The notes beneath the pieces are model-generated. The model saw only the letters and a program-made list of their open reading frames with translations. It ran no database searches and had not been told where the DNA came from. Of a stretch of DNA of 64,000 bases, positions 27,594 to 41,479 are shown one piece after another. Source of the DNA: the human T2T-CHM13v2.0 reference genome, Homo sapiens; NCBI RefSeq assembly GCF_009914755.1, contig NC_060930.1, one strand, 5' to 3'. Positions within the stretch are counted from its first letter, which is position 1, and every line of letters starts with the position of its first letter. The translations under genes and the position numbers were made by a program.

Positions 27594-29974
27594 TGATATG
27601 TTTTGGCTGTGTTCTCACCCAAATCTCATGTTGAATTGTAGCTCCCATGATCCACACATGTTGTGGGAGGGACCCAGTAGGAGGCAATTGAATCATGGGG
27701 GCAGGTTTTTCCTATGCTGTTCTCATGATGGTGAATAAGTCTCACGAGATCTGATGGTTTTATAAAGGGGAGTTCCCCTGCACATGTTCTCTTGCCTGCT
27801 GCCATGTAAGATGGGCCTTTGTTCCTTCTTCACCTTATGCCATGATTATGAGGCCTCTCCAGTCCGGTGGAACTGTGAGTCCATTAAACCTCTTTTTCTT
27901 TGTAAATTACGCAGTCTCAGGTATGTCCTTACAGCAGCTTGAGAACAGACTAATACAGTAAATTGGTACTGGTAGAGTGGGGTGCTGCTATAAGGATACC
28001 CAAAAATGTGGAACCAACTTTGGAACTGGGTAACAGGCAGAGATTAAAACAGTTTGGAGGGCTCAGAAGAAGAGAGGAAAATTTGGGAAAGTTTGGAACT
28101 TCCTAGAAACTTGGAGAGCTCAGAAGACAGGAAGATGTGAGAAAGTTTGAAAATTCCTAGGGACTTGTTGAATGGCTTTGACCAAAATACTGACAGAGAT
28201 ATGGACAATGAAGTCCAGGTTGAGGTGGCCTCAGATGGAGATGGAGAACTCATTGGAAACTGGAGCAAAGGTGATTCTTGCTATGCTTTTGCAAAGAGAC
28301 TGGCAGCATTTTGCCCCTGCCTAGAGATCTGTGTAACTTTGAATTTGAGAGAGATGATGTAGGGTATCTGGTAGAAGAAATTTCTAGGTAGCAAAGCATT
28401 GAAGAGGTGACTTGAGTGCTCTTAAAATCATCCAGTTTTATTCATTCATGAAGATACGGTTTGGAATTGGAACTTATATTTAAAGAGGAAGTAGAGCATA
28501 AGAGCTGAGAAAATTTGCAGCCTGATGATGTGATAGAAAAGAAAAACCCATTTTCTGAGAAGAAATTCAAGCCAGCTGCAGAAATTTGCATAAGTAACAA
28601 GGAGCCAAATGTTAATCACCAAGACAATGGGGAAAATGTCTCCACGGCATGTCAGAGGTCTTCACAGTTGCCCTATCCATCACAAGCCTGGAAGCCTAGG
28701 AGGAAAAAATGGTTTCATGGGCTGGGCCCAGGGCCTTGAGGTTTTGTGCAGTCTCCAGACTTGGTGCTCTGCCTCCAAGCCATTGCTAAAAGGGGCCAAT
28801 GTACCGCTCAGGCCATTGTTTCAGAGGATGCAAGCCTCAAGCTTTGGCAGCTTACATGAGATGTTGGGCCTGCAGGTACACAGAAGTCATGAATTGAGAT
28901 TTGGAAACTTCAGCCTAGATTTCAGATGATGTATAGAAACGTCTGGATGTCTAGGCCAAAGTGTGCTGCAGGGTCAGAACCCTCATGGAGAACCTTTGCT
29001 AGGGCAGTGCAGAAGGGAAATGTGGGGCTGGAGCCCCCACACAGAGTCCCCACTGGGGCACTGCCTAGTGGAGCTGTGAGAAGAGGACCACTGTTCTCCA
29101 GACCCCAGAATGATAGATCCACTGAGAACTTGCATTGTACACCAGGAAAAGCCACAGACACTCAATGCCAGCCCATGAAAGAAGCCAGGAGAAGGGCTGT
29201 ACCCTGCAAAACCACAGGGACAGAGATGCCCAAGTCCATGGGAACACACCTCTTGCATCGATGTGATCTGGATGTGAGACATGGAGTCAAAGGAGATCAT
29301 TTTGTAGCTTTAAGATTTGACTGCCATGCTGGATCTTGGACTTGCATGGAGTCTGTAACCCCTTCGTTTTGGCCAATTTCTCCCATTTAGAGCACATGTA
29401 TTTACCCAATGCCTGTACCCCAATTGTATCTAGGAAGTAACTAACTTGCTTTTGATTTTACAGGCTCATAGGTGGAAGGGACTTGCCTTGTCTCAGATGA
29501 GACTTTGGACTGTGGACTTTTGAATTAATACTGGAATGAGCTAAGACTTGGGGGACTGCTGGGAAGGCATGATTGGTTTTGAAATGAGAGGACATAAGAT
29601 TTGAAAGGAGTCAGGGGTGGAATTACATGGTTTGGCTGTGTCACCACCCAAATCTCATCTTGAATTATAGCTCCTGTAATCTCCATGTGTCATGGGAGCG
29701 ATCTGGTTGGAGGTAATTGAATCATGGGTATGGGTTTTTCCCTGGTGTTCTTATGATAGTGAATAAGTCTCACAAGATCTAATGGTTTTATAAAGTGAAG
29801 TTCCCCAGTACAGGACCTCTTGCCTGCCATCATGTAAGATGTGCTTTTGCCTTCTATCATGATTTTGAGGCCTCCCTAGGCATGTGATACTATGAGTCCA
29901 TTAAACCGCTTTTTCTTTATAGATTCCCCAGTCTCATATATGTCCTTATAGCAGCTTGAGAATGGGCTAATACA
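27594..29974 (+). mobile_element. Complete THE1B MaLR element (5' LTR 27594-27957, internal 27958-29622, 3' LTR 29623-29974)
   Basis: Two THE1 LTRs; the internal region starts gtaaattggtac. Perfect 5-bp TSD attac at 27589-27593 and 29975-29979. Confidence 0.96.
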
Positions 29975-32599
29975 ATTACTCTGTATTCTATCTAGAAAAC
30001 CCAAGAATTACGACTGCCACACATGCAATTATAGAAATGCTAATCATCCTCTCACTGTCTTTTTTTTCCCTAGTAGATACATATTTTTGTTTAAAATATA
30101 ACCATTCCCCAAAAGTACTTGACTCTGTTCCCAATGCATTTACTAACAGAAAACAGAATTAGACCAACTTGGTCTCTGGATTTAATGTGCTTTGCAGACT
30201 TGTTAGGTTTAGCCGTAAATAATCTTACTCCCTATAGTGTGGGATGTTTAAAAGTGTTTTGCTGCATACACAGAGCAAAGCTTTCACAGTGGCTAGTCAG
30301 AAATAAGCAAAGGGACAGATTTAAAGTTGAGAAGATGAGGAATATAAACAAAAGAGTTCTACTTAGTTAACCTAAATATGGAAATAAAGTAAAACCAAGA
30401 GGCCTGGTAAGGGTAGCCATGTTGCAATTTCCAGTTTTCATCCAGATATTTCATATCAGGTAGATCCTGTCACTAGTATCACACTTGCTATAAAGCATAT
30501 TATAGTCTTTCTCTTCTGCAAATTTTGCTCATGCTGTTGTTATGTGTCTTATGATGGAAAGACTTCCAAAGGGGGAAAGCAGTTTTCTTCATGTCAAATA
30601 TAATAAACCCAAACCAGGTAAGTCAGTTTTGTAGCCTGGAATCCTATTTGTTTGCATTAGGTTGACTTTCTCATATATCTTCCACCAGTAATATCAGACT
30701 GTATATCCATTCTGATGATGTATAAATGGAAAATTTTCCGTGTAAAATCATATGGGAACTTTCACAAGATCACTTTGACATGCTTTTCCCCTTATTTTTT
30801 TCCTGCTGTGATTTTGGAAGGCTGTATTTTTTTTCTCCTGTTAAAATGATTAGTGCTTTAAGTGAATGAGATCACTTACTGAAATAAAAATCCAGCCAAG
30901 CCATAGTCTCATATCATGATCTCATACAGGCTCAGTCTCAAGAGAGGCCCCCTGAGAGATTTTGCAAAAATTGTTCATCCAATTGTTGTATGCAGCCTCT
31001 ATTCAGAAAGGAAACGTGCTTGACAAAATTTTGTAAAAAGGGCCCCTGGATGCCAAAAACAATATAAATTCATGTGTGCCTTAATATAGGCTGCTATCTT
31101 GCAAAAATAATCTTCCTCTATTGCACATGTAAAACCTGAAGGTGTTGCATGAAACACCTGAAGACCTATGTAATCATCACTCTCTGCCTAGCAAGAAACC
31201 TAAGGTGCTGAGCTCTGTACATGGCTCTGTGCCTACAATCAATGGGGCATCTGGGGATGCCTAGGCTTCCTCGCAGCTTCACTTGACTTCAGAGATTTCT
31301 GATTACTGTTCCTCTGACACATACATTTTCTAATTTTCCAGTCATTAAATACTCACAAGTAGGGATAGTGGTCAACGAACATGTCTTACAGTCAAGTAAG
31401 TAGTTCCAAAATGATCATGAAAATGTGAGTTAAGTAATAATTTTTGGCTTTCCTGCAGGGTTAATCTAGAAAACACTGCAAAGTAGTACCCACCACTTCA
31501 CTGAGCTCTCTCTCATAGTTCTTCCCTTTTTCCTTCCTTGTCAGAGTCTTTTTCTTTTCACTCTAACTTTCCTCCCCATTACTTCCCATTCTCTGCAACT
31601 TGCTCCCTCAAATCCTTCTTCTCCCTCAAAAACGCACTTCATTTTGCCTACAAACCAGATTTTTTTGTATTGAGGTAAAATTTACATAAAGTTGAAATGC
31701 ATCAGTCTTAAGATAACAATTTGATACATCTTAATATATCAACATACCCTTGTTAACTGCTTAATCAAGGCATAGAATACTTCCAAACGCCTGAGAAAGT
31801 TGTCCTGTATCACCTTGTAGCCCACCTACCCCAAAGGCAACCATTGCTTTGATTTCTATTGTCATGGATTAGTTTTGCTTTGGTTTTGAACTTTTTACAG
31901 AATAACATATAACATATCCTTATTTCTTTCTGGCTTCTTTCAATTAACATAATGATTTTGAGATTCATCCATGTTGTCATATGCATCAACAGTAGTTACT
32001 TTATTACTACTGTGTAGTACTCCATGATATGAATATTCCATGATTTCTTTAATAGGCTTGCCTGATGAACAGTTTGGTTTTTTCTAGGTTTTGATATTTT
32101 GAATGAAGCTGCTACAAACAAAGTCTTATACAAGTCTTTTAGGATATTTCTCTTGGAAAAATAATTAGGAATGAATAGTTGAGTACATTTAACTTTATAA
32201 GAAAAAGTCAAATAGTTTTCAAAATGGTTGTACCATTTCACACATCCACTAGAAATGTATGAGTGTTCCATTGCCAGACTGTGCCCAATATTTGTTCTTT
32301 TTTAATCCAGCTATTCTAGTGAGTATAAAATGCTGTCATATACTGGTTTTAATTACCCTGATAAATAATAATATTAAGCACTTTTTCATATGCTTATTAA
32401 CCACTCCTAGACATTCTTTTGTGAAATAATTGTCTTTTGTCTATATTTGATGAAAGGAGAGTTGTCTTTTTAATTGTTTTGTTATTATATATTTAAGGTA
32501 CAAGTTTTTTTGTTTAAAATACACGCATTTCAACTATGTTGTCTCATTTTGTGGCCAGCCTCTTCATTTTTTTGTGGAGTCTTTAAAAAAATTTTTTTT

Positions 32600-32735
32600 A
32601 ATTTTATTATTTTGTTTTTAGAGACTGAGTTTCACTATGTTTTCCAGGCTGGTCTCAAACTCCTGAGCTCAAGCAATCCTCTCACCTCAGCCTCACAAAG
32701 TTCTGGGATTACAGGCATGAGCAACTGAGCCAGGG
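32600..32735 (-). mobile_element. FLAM / Alu monomer
   Basis: Single arm: ttcactatgttttccaggctggtctcaaactcctgagctcaagcaatcctc. Confidence 0.85.
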
Positions 32736-33294
32736 TGCACATTCTTTTATCTATTCCTTAGCCTTTTGCCTGTGATGTTATTGTAAATGGGATATTAAAT
32801 TTTTATTTTCAATTACTGGCTGTTGTTCTATAGAAACACAATTGATTTAAGGATATTGATGCTGTGTCTTAAGAACTTGCTAAATACATTTATAAGTTTG
32901 GCAATTGTTTTGAAGACTCCCTATGATACTCTACATAAACAGCCATATTGTATGTAAATAAAGACGATTTTGTGTGTTTTTTTTTCCCAATCATTATTGC
33001 ATCTCATCCCCCTATTTCATTGGCTATACTTTCAGTATAATGTTAAGTAAAACTGATGAGTAAGTACAACTAGTATCGTTCTGAATATTAAAAGGAAAAC
33101 ATCCAGTATTATATCATTGCTTTTAATTTTCGCTATACGTTTGTGCAGATGCTGTTTATCAGATTGAGAAAATTTTATTCTATTCTTAGTTTGCTGAGAA
33201 ACTTTATCATCAATGGATGTTGAATAATATCAAATGTTTATTTCTAAATTTTAGTAGTTTATTGAGCTAAAATTGACATACAATTTGATAAGAC

Positions 33295-33576
33295 TTTTTT
33301 TTTTGGAGTTGGAGACAAGGTCTCACTTTGTCACCCAGGCTGGAGTGCAGTGGCATGATCTGGGCCTCTGAGATTCAAGTGATCCTGCTGCCTCAGCCCC
33401 CCAAGTACCTGGGACTACAGGTGTGCACCACCACGTCTGGCTAATTTTTGTATTTTTTGTAGAGACAGAGTTTCACCATGTTGCCCATCTAGTCTTGAAC
33501 TCCTGAGCTCAAGTGATTTTCCTGCCTCTGCTTCCCAAAGTGTTAGGATTACAGGCATAAGCCACTGTGCCCAGCT
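33295..33576 (-). mobile_element. AluJ
   Basis: Dimeric Alu with J-type features (gagacaaggtctcact; ctcctgagctcaagtgat). Confidence 0.9.
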
Positions 33577-35812
33577 GTAAGCCTTGATATAAGAATACAC
33601 CTGTGAAACGACATCACCACACTCAAAATAATGAACATTTCAAACATCTCCATTTATTTAGGTTTTCTTTCTTAGCGCCGCTTTGTAGTTTCCAGTGCTT
33701 CAGGTTGTAAATGCCTTATGTTAGATTTGTTGCTAAGTGGCTCATACTTTTGTTGCTTCTGTAAGTGAATGTTAATTTCAATTACCAATCATACCTAGTA
33801 TATGGAAATGTATTTTATATTTTTATATTCACCTTGTATTCTGTAAACTTGCTAAATTCACATATTAGTTCCAGTTGGATTTTTGTAGATTCTCTAAGTT
33901 TTAATACAGATTATTATGTCACCTGTGAATAATAAGTGTTTTACTTTGTCATTTTCAATTTAGATGCCTTTTATTTCCTTGTGCTGACTTAATCGTAGTG
34001 GCTAGAGACTCCATGGCAATGTTAAATAGAAGTGGTGTCCTTGCCTTGCCTTGTTTACATCTATGTTTATAAAAGAAATTGATCTATAAATTTATTTTCT
34101 TGTAATGTCTTCATCTGGTTTTGCTCTCAGAGTAATGTTGGCTTCATAGAGTAAATTACTAAGAATTCTCTCCTATCCAATATTCTAGAAGAGTTGTGAA
34201 GGCTCAGTATTATTTTTTTCTGAATGTGCTTATTTATTCTCTGCTTTCACCCATGAAGCCATTTGTGGCTGGAGATCTTGTAGGAAGATTTTTAACTACA
34301 AATTTGAATTTATTTATAGATATGGGGCTATACAAGTTATCTATTTATTCTAATGTAGGCTTTGGTAGTTTGTGTATTTCAAGGATTTTTTTCATTTTAT
34401 CTAAGTTACCTAATTTATTGGCACAAAATTGTTTATAATATTTTCTTATTATCCTTTTAAATCTGTGATATCTGTAGTGATGTCACTTTTCTTACAGAAA
34501 ACAGTATTAATTTTTGTCAAACCCTTTTTTCCTGATCAGGCTGACTTGAGGTTAATCCATTTTATTAATCTCAAACAACCAGCTTTTGATTTTGTCATTT
34601 TTGTTCTATTTTTTTTCTCCATTTCACCTATTTCTGCTTTGATAGTTATTATTTTTTCTTCTGCTTACTTTAATTTGCTCTTTTTTCTAAAAAAGATTTT
34701 AAAGTTAAACATTGAGGTCATTGATATGAATTTTTTTCCAATTTTTACATGGACATTGAGTTCTGTAAGATTCCCTGTAAATATTGCCTCCCTCATTCCA
34801 CAAATTTTGATGACTTTCATTTTCATCTGGTACAAAAAACATCTAATTTCTCCTTCGATTTCTTCTTTGATCTGTGAGTTATCAAGAAGTGCATTATTTC
34901 ATTTCCAAATACTTGTAAATGACTTCTAATTCTGTTGTGGGTAGAGAAGACACTTTTACTAACTCAAATATTTTGAAATGTATTCAGACTTGTCATATAG
35001 CACAGAATACGGTCCATCTTGGTAAACGATTTGTGTGCACATGAAAAAAAGTGCATATTCTGCTGTTGTGTGCTTTGTTCTATAACTGGCAATTAAATAA
35101 AAGTGGCGAATAAGTTATATTTTCCATGTATTCAGAACTTTATGACTTTCAGTTTCTTCTAGCAATTACTGGAGGTAAACAATTAACGAGGAAGAAAATG
35201 TAAACCAAACATAGGAATAATTACTTTAAGAATAAATTATATAAGCAAGGCAATTAGGAATAAAACTGTATATTTAAGAAGAACGAATCTGCTATATCTA
35301 CATATACAAAATACATAAAAAATATTATGAGTGAGTAATGCCTCAAAAATACACAACAATTCTAAATGGGTGTGTACCTTATAACAGACTTCAAATTCAT
35401 GAAGCCAAAACTGATAGAACAGAAATAATAAGCTATCTTTATTGTCATAATTATTAACACTCAGGTCACAGTAATTGATAGAAAAAGTTGACAGAAAATC
35501 AGTAAAAATGTAGAATACTTGAACAATACTATCAATGAAATTGACGTAATTGGTATTTATAAAATACTTTACTCATAAATAGCAGAAAATAAGTTATTAG
35601 TAAGTGAACACAGAATATTCACAATCAGGTCATATTTTGGGTGATAAGTATCAGTAATTTTAAAAGGTTTGAAAACATAAATGATATATTATTTAACCAA
35701 CACAGAATTAATGTAGAAATCAAAACCATAAAAAATTGGAAAATCCCCAAATATATGAAAATTGAATAATGAATTTCTACACACCCACAGTTCATGTGAT
35801 AAATTACACGGC

Positions 35813-36761
35813 TCTCTTGCCCATCTTGCAAAATGGTGAGTGAAAAATTTGAGCAGACCGATACTAAAAAGAAGAAACCTGAAGCCAAGAAGGCTAAGGC
35901 CAGTGGTTAGGTTAAAAATATTAACCTGAAGGCTAAACAGCCCAAGAAGAGGAAGCTTCACTGCAGACAAAATCCTGTCATCATCATCATCGAAGGAATT
36001 AGCAAACATTCCCAATCTGCTACGTATTTCTGAAGGGTCATATTCAAGATGAAGTACTTAGCTGCTGAATCCAGGGTTTAAAAAAAAACATGGATGGAGG
36101 TTCTTGCCACTGTCCCAGAACCAGTTGGTGGTCATACGAATGTGGTACCTGAGTGGTTAAACTTCACAAAATGCCTAGATACTATTCTACTGAAGATAAG
36201 CCTCAAAAGCTGTTGAGCCACAACAAAAACTCCTCCAGTCAGCATGTGAAAAAAATGTGAGCTAGCAACTCTCCTAGGACCATTCTGCTCATCCTGACTG
36301 GACACTACAGGGCAATAGACTGGTTGCTCTAAAGCAGTTGAGCAGTGGCTTGTTACTTGTGACTGAACCTATTGTTCTTAATCAGTTTCTTCTGCATAGA
36401 ACACACCAGAAATTTGTCATTGCCACCTCCACAAAAATTGATATCAATGATGCAAAAATAACCCAACATCTCACTCATGTTTACTTTAAGAAGCAGCCAT
36501 GGAAGCTCAGAAACCAGAAAGATGAGATCTTAGACATAGAAAAAGAGAAAGATGAGATTACAGAGCAGTGCAAGATTGATCAGAAAGCTGTGGACTTGCA
36601 AAAGTTACCAAAAATTAAAATTATTCCTCAGCTCCAGGACTACCTGTGATCTGTGTTTGTCCGATGAATGGCGTTTATCCTCACAAATTGGTTTTCTAAA
36701 TTTCTTACAAAGAACCTAATTAAATAACTGATATATTTTTGTAAGAAAAGGAGTAAAAAAG
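35813..36761 (+). pseudogene. RPL6P: Processed pseudogene of 60S ribosomal protein L6 (RPL6)
   Basis: Intronless copy: 5' tctcttgcccatcttgcaaaATG (ATG 35833), stop TAA 36697-36699, 3' UTR aagaacctaattaaata and a degenerate A tail. ORF 36338-36649 (SGLLLVT...[16 protein letters not shown]...KIDQKAVD...IPQLQ) is RPL6-like. Internal stops and frameshifts. TSD aaattacacRgc at 35801-35812 and 36762-36773. Confidence 0.97.
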
Positions 36762-36890
36762 AAATTACACAGCAAGTTAGAAAATATTTTGAACCTAATG
36801 AATTTTAAAATATCAAAACTTGTGATGTGTAACTGCAATGAACTAAATGTTTGCCATTTCCCACCAAAAAAAAAATTTCTGTTGAAATCC

Positions 36891-37206
36891 TTGTGTATTT
36901 CAAGGATTTTTTTCATTTTATCTAAGTTACCTAATTTATTGGCACAAAATTGTTTATAATATTTTCTTATCCTTTTAAATCTGTGATATCTGTAGTGATG
37001 TCACTTTTCTTACAGAAAACAGTATTAATTTTTGTCAAACCCTTTTTTCCTGATCAGGCTGACTTGAGGTTAATCCATTTTATTAATCTCAAACAACCAG
37101 CTTTTGATTTTGTCATTTTTGTTCTATTTTTTTTCTCCATTTCACCTATTTCTGCTTTGATAGTTATTATGTTTTTCTTCTGCTTACTTTGATTTAATTT
37201 GCTCTT
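36891..37206. repeat. Near-identical direct duplicate of 34370-34682
   Basis: Manual comparison finds about three small indels and essentially no substitutions. ORFs at 34429 and 36950 translate almost identically. Confidence 0.95.
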
Positions 37207-37265
37207 CAGTTTTATGATTTAAAATTGATGATTAATAGAATGATTATAGAAAGTGGAGACTTTGG

Positions 37266-37574
<309 letters not shown>

Positions 37575-39065
37575 GAAAGTGGAGACTTTGGGAGGTAATT
37601 AGGTCATATGTGTGGAATTCTCATGAATGGGATTAGTGCCCTTACAAAAGGGACCCCAGAGAACTCTCTTGCCCTTTTTGTTTTGTTGTTGTTGTTGTTA
37701 TGTAAAAATGCAACAAGAAGTTAGTCTGTAACTCACAAGAGGGTAATCTGTAGAACCTGACTGTGCTAGCTGGCAGCCTGATCTCTGACTTCCAGACTCC
37801 AGAAGTGTGAGACATTTGTTGTTAAGCCACCCAGTTAACTATGGCAATTTTTTCTGGCAGTCAAACAGACTAAGACAATAATTAAAGGGAAAGTCTTAAA
37901 TCAATATTGTAAGCTTCTTACTTAAGAACATGGCAAAAAAAGAGCACATTAGCAGAAAGAAAGCAAAAAGGAAAAATAGTGAACATAAGAAATTAATTAC
38001 ATGGAAAAGAGAAAAACAATAGAGAAAAATAAATTAACCCAAAAACTGGTTCTACGTAATGGCCAACAAAAATAATAAACTTTCAGCACAAGTCTGATCA
38101 GGAAAAAGAAAGCAAATACAGTATACGAATTACCAACAGGAGCAATGAAAGAGGGGGAATCACTAAAGATTCCACTGCCATTAAAGGTTAATAAGAGAAT
38201 ATTATAATCAATTTTATACCAACAAATTCTACAATGTAGATGAAAGAGACATATTTGTTGAAAGACGCAACCTACCAAAACTCACTCAAGGGGAAACTGA
38301 TAACATTGACTAGCCATATGTCTATTAATAGATTAAATTTGTAGTTTAATTTATTGCCTCAAAGGAAATTCCAGGGTCAAATAACTTCAGTGGTTATGTC
38401 TTGCAAATTTAAAGAAGAACTGACAACAATTTCACATAAAACTTTCAATAAAAATTATAAAAGAGAAAAAACTATTTCTAAAATTTATGAAGTCTGTATT
38501 TTGATGATTCAAAGACCAGAAAGATGTAACAAGAAAAGAAAAATCACAGGCCAATACCACTAATGAAAATAGATGTAAACATCTATTAAAATATTAAGTA
38601 AATTGAATTATGCAATGTAGAAATAGAGAAATATGTCATGATCAAGTACAGTTCTTCCCAGAGATGCAGAGTTAGTTTAATTTTTAAAAAATCAATGTAA
38701 TACTCACCATATTAACAACCCCAAAAAGAAAAAGATGAAGAAAAACATTTGACAAAATTTACTCCTATTAATGATAAAAACTCTTACTAAACTAGGAATA
38801 AAATGGCACTCTTCTAGCTACTGGTGTACATATATACAAATCCTACTGCTAACATACTAAATAGAAAGAGACTGAATTTTTTCTATTCAGAAACAAGGCA
38901 AGGATATATATTCTTACCATTTCTATTTAACATTGTATTTAAGTTCCTGGCCAATACAATAAGGAAAGACAAACAACTATATAGAGTTAAGTGGAAGAAG
39001 AAACATATCTTTATTCACAAATAACATGATCGTCTATGTAAAAAAAAATCCAAATAAATCTAATA

Positions 39066-40937
39066 AGAACAGCATGGTACATCATAATACAAAAACAGAC
39101 ACACAGATCGATGGAACAGGACAGAGAACCCAGAAGTAAAGCCACACAGACATACAACCATCTGATCTTTCACAAAGTCAATAAAAACAAGCAATGGGGG
39201 AAGGACTCCCTATTCAATAAATGGTGCTGGGATAACTAGCTAGCCATGTGCATGAGAATGAAACTAGACCCCTACATTTCAACATAAAAAAAAATTAACC
39301 CAAGACTGATTAAACACTTAAATTTAATACCTCAAATTATAAAACTCTTAGAAGAAAACCTAGGAAATACCACCTGTACATCAACCTTTGGCAAATAATT
39401 TATGACTAAGTCCTTAAAAGTAATTGCAACAAAACAAAAATAAACAAATGAGATCTAATTAAACCAAAGAGCTTTTGCACAGCAAAAGAAACTATCAACA
39501 AAGTAAACAGACAATCTACAGAATGAGAGAAGATATTTGCAAACTATGCATCCAACAAAGGTCTATACTGGGCATATACCCAAAGGATTATAAATCATGC
39601 TGCTATAAAGACACATGCACAGGTAGGTTTATTGTGGTACTATTCACAATAGCAAAGACTTGGAACCAACACAAATGTCCATCAATGATAGACTGGATTA
39701 AGAAAATGTGGCACATATACACCATGGAATACTATGCAGCCATAAAAAGGATGAGTTCATGTTCTTTGTAGGAACATGGATGAAGCTAGAAACCATCATT
39801 CTGAGGAAACTATCACAAGGACAAAAAAACCAAACACCACATGTTCTCACTCATAGGTGGGAATTGAACAATGAGAACACTTGGACACTGGGTGGGGAGC
39901 ATCGCACAACGGGGCCTGTCGTGGGGTGGGGGGAGGGGGGAGGGATGGCATTGGGAGATATACTTAATGTAAATGACGAGTTGATGGGTGCAGCATACAA
40001 ACATGGCACATGTACACATATGTAACAACCCTGCACATGGTGCACATGTACCCTAGAATGTGAAGTATAATAATAATAAAAAAACCCAAAGTTCTAATAT
40101 TCAGAATCTGTAAGAAAATTAAACAATTCAACAAGCAAAAAACAACAAAGGACAGGCAAAAGACATAAACAAACAGTTTTCAAAAGAAAACCTACAAGTG
40201 GCCAACAAATATATGAAAAAATTCTCCACACTACTAATCATCAGAGACATGCAAATCAAAACCACAATGAGATTCCATCACACACCAGTCAGGATGGCTA
40301 TTACTAAAAAGTAAAACAAACAAACGAAAAACAGATGCTGACGGGGTTGTGGAGGAAAGAGAACACTTATACATTGTTGATGAAAATGTAAATTAGTTCA
40401 GCAACTGTGAAAAGCAGTTTGGAGATTTCTCAAAGAACTTAAAACAGAACTACCATTCAACTCAGCAATCCTATTACTGGGTATATACTCAAAGGAAAAC
40501 AAATGGTTCTACCAAAAAGACACAAGCACATGTATGTCCATCGCAGCACTATTCACAACAGCAAAGACATAGAATCACCCTAGATGCTCATCAATGGTGG
40601 AATGGATAAAGAAAATGTGGTAAATACACATGATGGAATAATACACAGCCATAAAAAGAACAAAATCATGTCATTTGAAGCAACATGGATGTGGCTGGAG
40701 ACCATTATTTTAAGCAAATTTCCACAGGGACAGAAAACCAAATACCACATGTTCTCTCATAAGTGGAAGCTAAACATTGAGTACACATGTACATAAAGAT
40801 GGGAACAACAGACATTGGGGACTACTTGAGGGAGGAAAGAAGAAGGGAGACGAGGGTTAAAAAATTACCGATTGGGTACAATGCTCACTACCCAGGTGAT
40901 GGGATCATTTGTACCACAAACCTCAGCATCATGCAAG
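39066..40937 (+). mobile_element. L1PA15/16-L1PB-like 3' segment lacking its tail
   Basis: aacagcatggtac...aaatggtgctgggataact... through 3' UTR aaacctcagcatcatgcaa. Confidence 0.88.
39566..40084 (+). mobile_element. 5'-truncated L1PA4/5-like element nested in older L1
   Basis: Young-type 3' UTR with a G-rich tract and aagtataataataataaaaaa. TSD caaagKtcta at 39556-39565 and 40087-40096. Confidence 0.92.
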
Positions 40938-41471
40938 CTATTAAGGAACTAAAAAGACAAGCAACAGAAAGGGGAAAATATTGGTAAAACATATATATGA
41001 TAAAGGACTCATATCCAGAATATATAAAGAGCTCTTACAATTATAAAAGAAGACAAAAGCCCAATTTATAAATAGATCCAAAGAGTCAAATGACATTTCC
41101 ATAGAGAAGATATGGAATGGCCAATAGGTACATGAAAAGATGTTCAGCATTACTGAAGGAACTACATTGTCTGGAGTACATACCCTGGGGTTTGTCATCT
41201 CATGCCAGGAAAATTTAGAACATGAACACGCACAAGAAGTTTAGCAGTGGAGGTTTAATAGGTAGAAAAGAAGAGAAAGAGAAACAGCTCTCTCTGTAGA
41301 GAGAGACGGGTCTCCAAGTGGAAAAGACTGGCAGGTGGCAAATGCGCTGTATTTTATAGTCAGGTTTTAGAAGGCGATGTCTGATTTACGTAGGGCTCAC
41401 AGATTGGTTCGATCAGGCATGACATTTACATAGCACATAGGGAAGGCTGGCCACCCCGCCCTAATCTTATT

Positions 41472-41479
41472 ATGCAAAT
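41472..41479 (+). promoter_or_regulatory. POU/OCT4 octamer ATGCAAAT in the 3' LTR (sox-oct-like context cttattatgcaaat)
   Basis: Motif seen directly. The homologous site in the 5' LTR is mutated (atacaaat, 49772-49779). Confidence 0.5.

Larger units (their letters stand above)
31660..35170 (-). mobile_element. Old L1M (L1MC/ME-type), fragmented
   Basis: 3' end ttttttgtattgaggtaaaatttacata. Decayed ORF2 extends to the endonuclease region near 35000. Confidence 0.75.

Noticed and set aside
28147-29390. Cluster of overlapping ORFs up to 154 aa
   Set aside because: These are remnants of the THE1-internal reading frame, broken by stops and frameshifts.
34429-37192. Duplicated hydrophobic 'membrane protein' ORFs at 34429 and 36950
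   Set aside because: T-rich antisense L1 translates as F/L/I-rich sequence, and the similarity is explained by the DNA duplication.
39921-39948. G-quadruplex-forming tract
   Set aside because: Standard L1PA 3' UTR G-tract, not specific to this locus.
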